Assembly: GCA_035764425.1 (NCBI GenBank)
Contig: DASTZE010000080.1
Location: 1 to 39,972 of the forward strand
Source of the DNA: Gaiellaceae bacterium
GTDB taxonomy: Bacteria > Actinomycetota > Thermoleophilia > Gaiellales > Gaiellaceae
Direction: 5' to 3'
Length of the DNA stretch: 39,972 nt
Shown: in pieces, positions 20,136 to 27,067 of the stretch
Numbering within the stretch: position 1 is the stretch's first letter
Layout: the number at the start of each line of letters is the position of its first letter
Position numbers and translations under genes: made by a program
Notes under the pieces: generated by a model
What the model was told of the DNA's origin: nothing
The model's input: the letters and a program-made list of their open reading frames with translations, nothing else
Database searches by the model: none

Positions 20136-21787
20136 ACGACCGGCACCTCCGCGACCACGGCCGTGCCGCGGGCGCTCGCCTCGACCTCGAGCCTCCCGCC
20201 GATCAGCTCAACCCGCTCGCGCATGCCGAGCAGGCCGTAGCCTCCGTCGCGGGTTCTTGCCGGGTCGAAGCCCCGGCCGTCGTCTTCGATCACCGCGGTC
20301 ACGGATGCATCTTTGCGGGTCAGCACGATGCTGACACGCGTTGCATGCGCGTGCTTCACCACGTTCGTCAGGGCTTCCTGCGTGATCCGGTACAGCGCCG
20401 TCTCCGTCTCGGGCGGCAGCCGGCTTCCGCCGAGCGTCTGCTCGAGGTCGACCGGAATACCGGTCTGCTCGGTGAAGGTGGCCAGCAGCCGCTCGAGCGC
20501 CGGCACGAGTCCGAAGTCGTCGAGCGCCTTCGGACGCAGCTCGACCGCCAGCCGCCGCACGTCCTGGAGCGTCGCCACGGCGAGCTCACGGACCGCCGCC
20601 AGCCGCTCGCGGCGCTCCTCCTCGTCGGCCTCCTCCACCGCGCGCAGGCCGAGCAACAGGGACGTGAGCGCCTGGCCGGTCTCGTCGTGGAGCTCACGGG
20701 CGAGCCGGCGGCGCTCGAGCTCCTGGGCGTCCATCACACGGCGCAGGGCGTCACGCTCGACGCGCTCGGAGAGCTCGACGGCGGTCGCCACGCGGTTCCC
20801 GAACGTCTCCACGAGCCGGACGTCCTCGTCGTTGAAGCGGGCGTCGTCGCCGGCCTTGTCGTGGGCGGCCACGACGCCGATCGCCCGACCGCGGTTGACG
20901 AGCGGGACGTAGAGGCCGGTGGTCGCATTCACGCGCCGCACCGTCTCCTGGTCGACCTCGATGTCGTCGATCATCGAATCGACGCGCTCGCTGCGCCGGC
21001 GCTCGAGCACACGCCCCATCTTCGAAGCGTGCGTGTCGAGCCGGATGCCCAGGACCTGGTCGGCGCCGTCACCGTCGGCGGCCTCGATGTGGAGCGTCCC
21101 GTCCGGCTTCGGCAGCGCGATCAGGACGAGCCGCGCCCGGACGAGCTCCCGCAGGCGCTCCGCGACCAGGTCGAGCAGCCGCGCCAGGTCGAGCTCCATC
21201 GACAGCGCGTCGCCGACCTCGGTCAGCGACTCGAGCTGGCGCAGCCAGCGCGTCGCCGACTCGTACAGGCGGGCGTTCTCGATCGCCACCGCCGCTTGTG
21301 ACGCCAGCAGCGTGACGACGTCCTGATCGCCCTGCGTGAAGTCCTCGCTGTTCTCCTTCTCGGAGAGATAGAGGTTCCCGTAGGCGATGCCTCGCAGCAG
21401 CACCGGGACGCCGAGAAACGACGTCATCGCCGGGTGGTGCGGCGGGAAGCCGACCGAGCGCGGATCGTCGGCGATGTCGTGCAGCCGCAGCGGCTTGGCG
21501 TCGTCGATCAGCGCGCCGAGGAGGCCACCGCCGGTCGGCAGCTGGCCGATGGCCGCGTACGTCTCGGCGTCCACGCCCGTCGTCACGAAGCGCTCGAGCC
21601 CGCGGCGGTCGCGGTCGATCACGCCCAGTGCGGCATAGCGCGCGCCGGTGAGCTCGGCTGCCGTCTCGACCAGCTTCTGCAGGACGGCATCGAGTGAGAG
21701 CTCGGACGTCAGCGCGATGCCGGCGTCGACGAGCGCCTGCAGGCGCGTTTCCACGCCGCCATTCTCACCAACGCGGGAGACAGTCAC
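20132..21787 (-). CDS. GAF-GAF-HisKA_3-HATPase sensor histidine kinase (DosS/DosT-like)
   Basis: The first GAF (ELTGARYAALGVIDRD ... LRLHDIADDPRSVGFPPHHPAMTSFLGVPV) closely parallels the heme-binding GAF-A of mycobacterial DevS/DosT. H-box: ELERRRLARELHDETGQ. The start is set to GTG 21787 (GTGA overlap with the PNPOx stop); the 244 aa upstream in the ORF track are Arg-rich junk. Confidence 0.86.
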   Translation of the reverse strand: MTVSRVGENGGVETRLQALVDAGIALTSELSLDAVLQKLVETAAELTGARYAALGVIDRDRRGLERFVTTGVDAETYAAIGQLPTGGGLLGALIDDAKPLRLHDIADDPRSVGFPPHHPAMTSFLGVPVLLRGIAYGNLYLSEKENSEDFTQGDQDVVTLLASQAAVAIENARLYESATRWLRQLESLTEVGDALSMELDLARLLDLVAERLRELVRARLVLIALPKPDGTLHIEAADGDGADQVLGIRLDTHASKMGRVLERRRSERVDSMIDDIEVDQETVRRVNATTGLYVPLVNRGRAIGVVAAHDKAGDDARFNDEDVRLVETFGNRVATAVELSERVERDALRRVMDAQELERRRLARELHDETGQALTSLLLGLRAVEEADEEERRERLAAVRELAVATLQDVRRLAVELRPKALDDFGLVPALERLLATFTEQTGIPVDLEQTLGGSRLPPETETALYRITQEALTNVVKHAHATRVSIVLTRKDASVTAVIEDDGRGFDPARTRDGGYGLLGMRERVELIGGRLEVEASARGTAVVAEVPVV

Positions 21788-22440
21788 ACGCCGTCGAGCA
21801 GGCGGTGCACGCTCTCGGGAACGCCGATCCCGGCGCGCAGCCCGGGCGACGCGACCGGCTCGCCCCAGCCGGCGACGGCCGGCACGACCCCGGCCCAGAC
21901 GTCGAGCGCGGCGTCCTCCGACTCGTCGTCCGAGGGCGGCCCGGTGCGCACCTTCGCCGAGGCCTCGGCGATCGGTAGCGACAGGATGTCGGTCGCGCGC
22001 AGCTCGAGTGGGCTCGGCGCCCGCACCTCGTCCCAGCGACCGGGAAGCAGCTTCTCGGTGAAGGCCCGGTACGCGGCGAGCCGGCTCTCCTCCGTCTCCA
22101 CGCGCGCGAAGGAGCCCAACAGGACGGCCGAGCGGTAGTTGACCGAGTGCTCGAAGACCGAGCGCGCGAGCACGAGCCCGTCGACGACCGTCACGGTCAC
22201 GCAGGCGGGCACGCCCGCGGCAAGCGTCCGCAGCGTCCGGCTCGCGCTCGATCCGTGGACGAGCACCTCGTCCCCGGCCCGCGCGAACAGCGTCGGGATG
22301 CAGATCGGCTGGCCGTCGTGCACGAAGGCGACATGCGCGACGAGGCCGGCGTCGAGCACGGCGTCGACATCGGCGCGGCCGTAGAGGCCGCGCTCGGGCT
22401 CCCGGCGCACGCGAACTCGATTGGAGGCGGGAGTGCTCAC
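21784..22440 (-). CDS. pyridoxamine 5-prime-phosphate oxidase family (flavin/deazaflavin-binding split-barrel) protein
   Basis: Contains RREPERGLYGRADVDAVLDAGLVAHVAF, DGLVLARSVFEHSVNYRSAVLLG, LLPGRWDEVRAPSPLELRAT and ASAKVRTGPPSDD. The GTG start has no clear RBS, so the start is uncertain. Confidence 0.82.
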   Translation of the reverse strand: MSTPASNRVRVRREPERGLYGRADVDAVLDAGLVAHVAFVHDGQPICIPTLFARAGDEVLVHGSSASRTLRTLAAGVPACVTVTVVDGLVLARSVFEHSVNYRSAVLLGSFARVETEESRLAAYRAFTEKLLPGRWDEVRAPSPLELRATDILSLPIAEASAKVRTGPPSDDESEDAALDVWAGVVPAVAGWGEPVASPGLRAGIGVPESVHRLLDGV

Positions 22441-22449
22441 GGCCGCAAC

Positions 22450-22896
22450 CTAGATGTCGAGACGGAAGAGCAGCTCGCCCGGCTCGACCTCGGCGTCGTC
22501 CGCCGGCTGGAAGCCGCACTTCTCCAGCACGCGGATCGACGCGGCGTTCGTGCCGATGACCCAGGCATAGAGCGGGCGTTCCGCGTACCTGGCCAGGAAG
22601 AGCCTGAGCGCGTCGGTCGCGATCCCGCGACCCCAGAACTCACGGCCGATCCAGTAGCCGATCGCGCGCTTGCCCACATCCGGGAAGACGCCCAGGTTGC
22701 CGACGAGCTGGCCGTCGGCGACGATCGCGATGGCGAGCAGGTTGGGGTCGGCCAGGATGCCCGCCCAGTGGCTGATGAAGGCGTCGTGGTCGCGCGAGGG
22801 GAAGCCGGCCATCGCCGCGGCCTCAGGGTCAAGCTGGTGCTCGTAGAGGGTCTCGAGGTCGTCCCGCTCGACGTCGCGGAGCTCGATGTCCGGCAT
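22450..22896 (-). CDS. GNAT-family N-acetyltransferase
   Basis: 148 aa. IGYWIGREFWGRGIATDALRLFL is the acetyl-CoA-binding R/Q-x-x-G-x-G/A motif. First gene of the GNAT-PNPOx-kinase-regulator string. Confidence 0.88.
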   Translation of the reverse strand: MPDIELRDVERDDLETLYEHQLDPEAAAMAGFPSRDHDAFISHWAGILADPNLLAIAIVADGQLVGNLGVFPDVGKRAIGYWIGREFWGRGIATDALRLFLARYAERPLYAWVIGTNAASIRVLEKCGFQPADDAEVEPGELLFRLDI

Positions 22897-22911
22897 CGGC
22901 CTACGCTACCG

Positions 22912-22943
22912 GGCGCCCCGCCTGGACGGCTCGGCGGGGCGCC
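22912..22943 (-). terminator. GC-rich hairpin (11-bp perfect stem, 10-nt loop) between the small basic ORF and the GNAT gene
   Basis: GGCGCCCCGCC-tggacggctc-GGCGGGGCGCC read directly. No U-tract. It sits 10 nt after the small-ORF stop and 15 nt before the GNAT ATG. Confidence 0.45.
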
Positions 22944-22953
22944 GTCGTGCTGG

Positions 22954-23085
22954 TCATGCGGCGGACCGCGGCTGGGGCCGCGAGCGCTCGAGGCGGGCCC
23001 TTCGGCGCGACTCGAGGACCACGACCTTTGCCGGGCGCCGCACCGTCTGCGGCCGCTTGGCGACACGCACGAGGTGGAGGTGCAT
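22954..23085 (-). CDS. candidate 43-aa highly basic protein
   Basis: Hidden in the tail of junk ORF 22954..23748. The ATG is preceded by a perfect AAGGAGG with 5-nt spacing. Sequence: MHLHLVRVAKRPQTVRRPAKVVVLESRRRARLERSRPQPRSAA. Third positions are almost all G/C. It begins 32 nt after the AAA+ ATPase stop on the same strand. Confidence 0.35.
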   Translation of the reverse strand: MHLHLVRVAKRPQTVRRPAKVVVLESRRRARLERSRPQPRSAA

Positions 23086-23117
23086 CTCCGCCTCCTTTCG
23101 CTGGGTTGTGGAAGCCC

Positions 23118-24164
23118 TCAGGCGGTGAAGCCGAGGGGGTGCTTCCGCGGCGGCTCGATGCCGGCCGCGCGGGCGTAGAGCGACGCGAGCGTGCTCGGCC
23201 CGGCGGCGGCGTCGCTGCCGTAGCGCTCGAGCCAGGCAGCGGCCTCTTCCGCGGTGAACGCGGTGAACTCGACGACGTGCTCGCAGCGCCCCGGCCTCGC
23301 AACGGCCGGGTGCAGGCGCCGAAGTACCTCGTTCGTCGTCACCAGCACCAGGAGCCGGAGGCCCTGGCCGATCAGGCCGTCGACGACCTTGAGCAGGCGC
23401 GACAGCCCCTGCCCGGTGCGCTCCTTCGCGTCCGAGACGAGGAGCTCGCCGGTGTCCTCGAGGACGAGCAGGCGCCACAGGTCGCGCTCGCCGTCCTCGG
23501 GCTCCTCGAGCAGGACGTCGAGCATGTAGCGGGGCTGGCCGAAGAACGTCTCCGGGTCGGTGACGTAGTGCAGCCGGCACCACGACCGCCACTCCCGGGC
23601 CAGCGCCCGGAGGGCCGACGTCTTGCCGGTGCCCGGCTCGCCGTGCCATAGGATGAGCTGCCCTTGCCCGGGGCGGAAGGTCGGCGACATGAGCGCTGCG
23701 AGGGCCGCCGCCACCGTCCCGGGGTAGTTCGCCGATACCTCGTTCCACGTCGGCACGTCGATGCGCCGCGTGGCCTGTCCAGGGGAGCGAGCGCCGGCTG
23801 ACCAGAAGGTCACGTTCGCCTTCTGCTCCTCTGCTGGAGCGAGGATCGGATACCGCTCACGGAGCCAGGCCTTCGCCGCTCGGAGCCCCGGGATCGTCCG
23901 CGCCGCGGCGTAGACGTGGGCCCGGCCGCGCCGCAGCGACAGGTGGACGAGGCAGTCGTCGCCGATGTCGAGGACGGCCGCCCGCTCGTGGCTGTCGCGC
24001 TGGGTGCTGAGCGCGTGCTCGTGCACGCCCTCCAGCGTCATGCGCTCGGTCGGCCACGAGTCCGACGCGACATGCTCGAGGTCCCGCGCGAGGACGAGCT
24101 CCGCGAAGCGGTGCCACGTCAGCTCGTCGAGGTCGACCTCCAGGTTGGACGCGAGGTGCGTCAT
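23118..24164 (-). CDS. AAA+ ATPase (classic clade) with uncharacterised N-terminal domain of about 165 aa
   Basis: Walker A LWHGEPGTGKTS, Walker B LLVLEDTGELL, sensor-1 VLVTTNE, and RPGRCEHVVEF arginine motif. I cannot place the N-terminal domain. Confidence 0.85.
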   Translation of the reverse strand: MTHLASNLEVDLDELTWHRFAELVLARDLEHVASDSWPTERMTLEGVHEHALSTQRDSHERAAVLDIGDDCLVHLSLRRGRAHVYAAARTIPGLRAAKAWLRERYPILAPAEEQKANVTFWSAGARSPGQATRRIDVPTWNEVSANYPGTVAAALAALMSPTFRPGQGQLILWHGEPGTGKTSALRALAREWRSWCRLHYVTDPETFFGQPRYMLDVLLEEPEDGERDLWRLLVLEDTGELLVSDAKERTGQGLSRLLKVVDGLIGQGLRLLVLVTTNEVLRRLHPAVARPGRCEHVVEFTAFTAEEAAAWLERYGSDAAAGPSTLASLYARAAGIEPPRKHPLGFTA

Positions 24165-24193
24165 GGTGGTTCCTCTCTAGCGGCCTCCTTCCT

Positions 24194-24217
24194 CGTGCCA
24201 GGCTCGAGCCTGGCACG
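24194..24217 (-). terminator. perfect 24-nt palindrome CGTGCCAGGCTCGAGCCTGGCACG just 3-prime of the tRNA
   Basis: Read directly. It sits 26 nt downstream of the tRNA 3-prime end and 29 nt upstream of the AAA+ ATPase ATG. Its arms carry the GTGCCAGGC half-site also seen at 24884 and 31365. Confidence 0.5.
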
Positions 24218-24243
24218 TAGTCCCGCCGAGGCCGTGGCGGGAA

Positions 24244-24317
24244 GCGCGCGGGTGGGATTCGAACCCACGATCTCGAGCTCATGAGGCTCGCGAGGACAGC
24301 CGCTCCTCTACCGCGCA
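24244..24317 (-). tRNA. tRNA with CAU anticodon (elongator Met, or Ile2 if lysidine-modified)
   Basis: Manual cloverleaf on the minus strand. Acceptor TGCGCGG/CCGCGCG (U1-G72 wobble). D arm GAGG-AGCGGCTGT-CCTC. Anticodon arm CGAGC-CTCATGA-GCTCG. Variable loop AGATC. T arm GTGGG-TTCGAAT-CCCAC. Discriminator C. 74 nt, CCA not encoded. It lacks the three G-C pairs of an initiator anticodon stem. Confidence 0.75.
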
Positions 24318-24559
24318 ACGCAATGTCTTCCGGGATGTCTATGCCGCTCGCCTACCCTTCGACCCTGGATCGCCGGTAGGTGCGGCGTCCTACGTGGAGG
24401 GGCGCTGGAGCCCGATGCTCCGCAAAAGCGCAGGCCAAAGCCGACGGTATTCACCGGCCGCAATTTGCGCGCGCTTGCGCGGAGGGTCTTTCTCTCTCAG
24501 GCGGGGCCTCGAGTGGAACTAGATTGTCTTCAAGCTGAGCATCACCTCGTGTGAGCACG

Positions 24560-24587
24560 AAAAAGGGCGACCCGTCTGGGCCGCCCT
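24560..24587 (-). terminator. rho-independent terminator (minus strand)
   Basis: The minus strand reads AGGGCGGCCC-AGAC-GGGTCGCCCT followed by TTTTT. It is a 10-bp stem with one A-C mismatch. It is the only hairpin in this window with a clear U-tract, and no recognisable gene lies upstream of it. Confidence 0.65.
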
Positions 24588-24883
24588 CGACTTGGCGTGC
24601 TATGCGGGCTAGCGAGCTAGCGCGCACACCTCCCAGTCAGAGCGGCGACGGTCCCGGTCGGGCGCGTCGGCAGACCGACGCGATCGGCGGGCCAAATGCG
24701 CATATGCGCCTGCGTGTTGATAGTCGTCAGCATCGTGATCGGATCGCAGGATAGATGAACGGCCGGTATCGCGCAAGCCGAATGCGCACGATTATCCAAA
24801 TCGACTCCAAAATCAGCGGCCGCTATTTTCGTCCGGCTCGAAGCGTGACGCCGCGTGCCCCAGCGACCGGGGCCGATCGCCCT

Positions 24884-24927
24884 CAGTGCCAGGCACTGTG
24901 ACGCCCGCGTTACAGTGCCTGGCACTG
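24884..24927. repeat. 16-bp perfect inverted repeat CAGTGCCAGGCACTGT / ACAGTGCCTGGCACTG with 12-nt loop
   Basis: Read directly. Each arm is itself nearly palindromic (GTGCC-W-GGCAC). It lies exactly at the 5-prime truncation point of the MFS remnant. Confidence 0.6.
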
Positions 24928-24935
24928 GCACTAAA

Positions 24936-25319
24936 CTGACGTTCACGTACGACGTTCTCGTCATCGGCGTCGTCGACTCGCGCACGGCGGTGATCGCGGC
25001 CGTCATTGTGTTCATTGGGACCAACAACACGATCACCACGCAAGCCTTCATGACCGTGGCGCCTTTGCCGCGTCCCATCGCCTCGCCGCCCTACGGGTTC
25101 ATCCGCTTCATCGGCGGCGGCCTCGCGCCGTTCGCCGCGGGGAAGCTCGCCGCGGCCTACGGCGATCACCTGCCGTTCTCCATCGGGGCGGCCGCGATCG
25201 TGGCCTCGATCGGCGTGCGCGCAAGCGGCCACCGGCTGCACGCAGGCGTCGAGGAGACCCAGGCGCTGCAGCTCGTCCCCGGGTCGCTCGACGCCGATGC
25301 CGACCTGGTGACGGCATGA
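24936..25319 (+). pseudogene. 3-prime remnant of an MFS transporter gene (last ~3 TM helices only)
   Basis: NNTITTQAFMTVAPLPRPIASPPYGFIRFIGGGLAPFAAGKLAAAYGDHLPFSIGAAAIVASIG fits the C-terminal MFS_1 pattern (ASS.Y.F.RF.GGALAP..AGKLA ... PF). Only about 125 aa remain, whereas MFS transporters are 400+ aa. The stop still overlaps the merR ATG (ATGA), as in an intact MFS-merR operon. Confidence 0.5.
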
Positions 25320-25762
25320 GCACCGTCGACCAGCGCCCGTACCGCATCGGCGAGGTGGCCGTGCGGGTCGGCGTGACCACGCGGACGATTCGCTACTACG
25401 AGGAGCTCGGCCTGCTGGGTGCGGGCACCGACCGGGCGAAGGGCAAGCATCGCCTCTACACCGAGGCAGACGTCGCGCGCCTGCAGGAGCTCATCCGCCT
25501 CCGCGACCTGCTCGGCCTCACGCTCGAGGAGCTCGTCGCGCTCACCGAAGCCGAGGAGGCGCGGGCCGTGCTTCGCAGTGAGTATGCCGAGACGACGAGC
25601 GACCGCGAGCGGCTGCGGATCGTCGAGGCCGCGATCCCGATCGTCACGCAGCAGCTCGAGCTCGTCCACAAGCGCCAGGCCGCCGTCACCGAGTTCGCGG
25701 ACGAGCTCGACGGCAAGCTCCAGCTGCTCAGGAAGCGCCGCTCCGAGCTGCGCAAGCGGTAA
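25316..25762 (+). CDS. MerR-family transcriptional regulator
   Basis: YRIGEVAVRVGVTTRTIRYYEELGLL is the MerR HTH. It is followed by a long coiled-coil dimerisation helix. 148 aa. Confidence 0.9.
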   Translation: MSTVDQRPYRIGEVAVRVGVTTRTIRYYEELGLLGAGTDRAKGKHRLYTEADVARLQELIRLRDLLGLTLEELVALTEAEEARAVLRSEYAETTSDRERLRIVEAAIPIVTQQLELVHKRQAAVTEFADELDGKLQLLRKRRSELRKR

Positions 25763-25839
25763 CGATCGTCACGGACCGGGTTTCGGGCTCCGCCGTGCGT
25801 GGGTATCGAAGCGGCGTCAGCGACGAACGAGGAGGTCTT

Positions 25840-25905
25840 ATGTACATCGGAGGCGGAGTGCTTCTTCTCATCATCATCATCCTGCTGATCATCTTCCTGC
25901 TCTAG
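25840..25905 (+). CDS. candidate 21-aa hydrophobic microprotein MYIGGGVLLLIIIILLIIFLL
   Basis: Below the ORF-track size cutoff. The ATG is preceded by GAGGAGG with 5-nt spacing and lies 77 nt downstream of merR on the same strand. It encodes a single TM-like helix. An 8-bp GC hairpin (25919..25940) follows 13 nt after the stop. Confidence 0.5.
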   Translation: MYIGGGVLLLIIIILLIIFLL

Positions 25906-26638
25906 GCAACGACTCCGAGGCGAGCCCCGCGCGGCTCGCCCCGTGCACCTTTCGAATGTGGCCCGACCACACCAGCGCGACGAGCGCGAGGAGGACGAGT
26001 GCCGTCACGGCGGCGGCGCCCAGCGCCGCCGCCGACGGCCCGAGCTCCGGCTGGTAGAGCACCGACGGCGGCAGCAGCTTGACCGCCGGGATCGTCGCGA
26101 TCGAGAGGACGAGCTGGAGCGCCGACGCCCCGATGCTCAGCGGGGTCGTCTGCCGCTCCCGGCCGCGCCAGCGGATCACGAACTGGACGACGTCCGTGTC
26201 AGGGCGCGCGACGCCTGCGCGGGCGAGCAGCGCGGAGAGGGCCAGCACGATGCACGCGATGGCGGCGAGCAGCGGCAGGAGCCCCAGCGTGACCGGGCCG
26301 ACGCCCTCGTGCCACGCCGCGACCCCGAGGCAGGCCGCGCCGGCCGCGGACCGGGCGAGTCCGCCCCAGTGCGGCACGAGGAGGGCCGCCCCCAGGCGCA
26401 CCTTGCTGCGCTCGCCAACTTGGAGTTGGGCCGCCGGCAGGCGCCACAGGTTCGGGGTGAGCACGTTGGCGAGCCCGGAGCCGGCCTCGAGCGCGCCGAA
26501 GAGCCCGATGAACTGCCAGCGGTTCCACGGCTCGATCCCGCCGAGCGCGGCGGCGGTCACGATCACGCCGACCAGGTTGACGAAGGTGAGCGCGAAGACC
26601 AGGGCGAGGCCCTGGAAGGCAGGCGCGCGTCCGGCCAT
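25889..26638 (-). CDS. polytopic membrane protein, unknown function
   Basis: 249 aa, about 6 hydrophobic helices, good GC3. It starts 30 nt downstream of the DksA-like gene on the same strand. Confidence 0.7.
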   Translation of the reverse strand: MAGRAPAFQGLALVFALTFVNLVGVIVTAAALGGIEPWNRWQFIGLFGALEAGSGLANVLTPNLWRLPAAQLQVGERSKVRLGAALLVPHWGGLARSAAGAACLGVAAWHEGVGPVTLGLLPLLAAIACIVLALSALLARAGVARPDTDVVQFVIRWRGRERQTTPLSIGASALQLVLSIATIPAVKLLPPSVLYQPELGPSAAALGAAAVTALVLLALVALVWSGHIRKVHGASRAGLASESLPRAGR

Positions 26639-26668
26639 CGACCGGCTCTTGCCCGCATTGCGCCGAAA

Positions 26669-27004
26669 CTACCGCCGGCGCTCCTCTTCGTCGACGGTGA
26701 GCTCGGCCCACGGCACGGCCTCGAGCCGGCCGTCGGGGATCGGCTCGCCGCTCTCGATCGACAGGCCGTACGTGCCGTTCGCGAGCCGCTCCTCCGCCCG
26801 CCCGATCGCGGCCAGCTCCTCCTGGAGCTCGTCCGAGATCCCCTCCTCAAGCTCGCCCTCGGCGAGGTCGCTGGCCTGGTCGGCGAACTCGTCGTCGTCG
26901 TCGGAGAGCTCGTCGCTCCCGCCGCGCTGAGTGAACCGGCGCAGCGCCGACTCGACGCGTGCGCGTTCTTCCGCGAGGCGCTGCCGTGCACGGTCCGGAT
27001 CCAC
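26669..27004 (-). CDS. DksA/TraR-family protein lacking all zinc-finger cysteines
   Basis: Acidic coiled-coil region, then RLANGTYGLSIESGEPIPDGRLEAVPWAELTVDE. This aligns with the DksA C4 finger (G.YG.C..CG..I...RL.A.P....C..C), but with Ser/Ser/Leu/Asp at the Cys positions. The protein has no Cys at all. Confidence 0.72.
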   Translation of the reverse strand: MDPDRARQRLAEERARVESALRRFTQRGGSDELSDDDDEFADQASDLAEGELEEGISDELQEELAAIGRAEERLANGTYGLSIESGEPIPDGRLEAVPWAELTVDEEERRR

Positions 27005-27067
27005 GGCGCCAGTTAAGCAGCGGCCCCACGCCTTTGCACCCGGGAACCCGACGGGCTAAAAGAGCGC

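Noticed and set aside
22900-24320. An integrated mobile element at the tRNA-Met 3-prime end carrying the AAA+ ATPase.
   Set aside because: There is no integrase or recombinase. I could find no duplicated tRNA 3-prime segment (att site), and the GC content of the ATPase gene matches the surroundings. It is retained only as a low-level possibility in the findings.
24464-24490. CTTGCGCGGAGGG in the island resembles the tRNA 5-prime end (TTGCGCGGTAGAGG) and could be an att-like partial duplication.
   Set aside because: Only about 9 nt match. It lies on the opposite strand relative to the tRNA and corresponds to the 5-prime rather than the 3-prime tRNA portion used by integrases. It is most likely chance.
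24912-24935. TGGCAC TGGCAC resembles the -24 element of sigma-54 promoters.
   Set aside because: There is no TTGC -12 element at the required spacing, and this lineage is not expected to use sigma-54. I interpret it as part of the GTGCCWGGCAC palindrome.
24551-25078. ORFs 24551..24754 (+) and 24617..25078 (-) inside the tRNA-adjacent island.
   Set aside because: They have no RBS, an odd composition and no motifs. The minus ORF runs antisense through the MFS remnant and the inverted repeat, and the plus ORF spans the terminator hairpin.
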